From contig CM059434.1 of NCBI GenBank assembly GCA_030390025.1, positions 110,670,001-110,734,000 of the forward strand: a stretch of DNA of 64,000 nucleotides, read 5' to 3'. This DNA comes from Squalus acanthias. Taxonomy: Eukaryota. Of this stretch, positions 63,477 through 64,000 are shown in pieces. The stretch's first letter is position 1, and each line of letters begins with the position of its first letter. A program made the translations under genes and the position numbers. The notes beneath the pieces are model-generated. The model ran no database searches and was not told the DNA's origin. It saw only the letters and a program-made list of their open reading frames with translations.

Positions 63477-64000
63477 GTAAGTGTGCGTAGTGCATCACAA
63501 GTCTTACTTTATGTACACTGCACACACAGGTGACTATCTTCATGTGATCTTGGTGATATCAAGCTACTGCTTTTATTGAAAATTGCACTTTTGAGTTTAT
63601 TTTGTGGAAGTAAAGCTGTCTTAAATAAATACAAAATATTTTAAAGGTTGTGGAGATATTCTTTAAGATTTTGTACTCTTCCATATAGTATTTACACAAC
63701 TTTTTGATGTCTTCTAAAGCACTTGCTGGCTCATGATAGCATAGCATAGTTTAGAGCAAGCTAAATTTCAGCTTTAAACAAGTATCCCTCTAATGCATAA
63801 CATGTTGATCAATAAGGTTAGTTAAATGGCAAGTATTCTATTTACTTAACCATACACTTTCTATTCTAAGTGTTCTCATTCCTAAAGTGAGGAATCAATT
63901 AAAATTACTGCTACAATGATACTGTCTGAGGCTTTGTCATTACTACACAAGTGCTACAGGAGGTAATATGGTGTTTTAAGCATGTGCTGCACTATTCAGC

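Overview
Vertebrate genomic DNA, almost certainly from a cartilaginous fish: it carries SacSINE1/DeuSINE and HE1/V-SINE copies and shark-type CR1, L2, Penelope and Harbinger repeats. The window holds the conserved ARMC10-NAPEPLD-PMPCB block. ARMC10 is represented by its last coding exon (+, 1946-2206). NAPEPLD is complete on the - strand: four core coding exons give 394 aa (46859 to 7294), the last intron is 24 kb, and there is a candidate extra upstream coding exon at 49788-49819. PMPCB (mitochondrial processing peptidase beta) exons 1-9 run on + from 52929 and continue past the window end. Introns are dense with transposable elements, many with readable TIRs and target-site duplications (TSDs). 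The most interesting signals are: Penelope-type inserts carrying minimal hammerhead-ribozyme motifs (a perfect 96-bp palindrome with an 11-bp TSD, and an 88-bp solo copy with a 10-bp TSD); a tRNA-Val(AAC) pseudogene abutting a full-length SacSINE1; an in-frame N-terminal extension exon for NAPE-PLD; and a 39-bp minisatellite with four biallelic positions. Gene and repeat-family names come from my recall of the known sequences; no database search was run.
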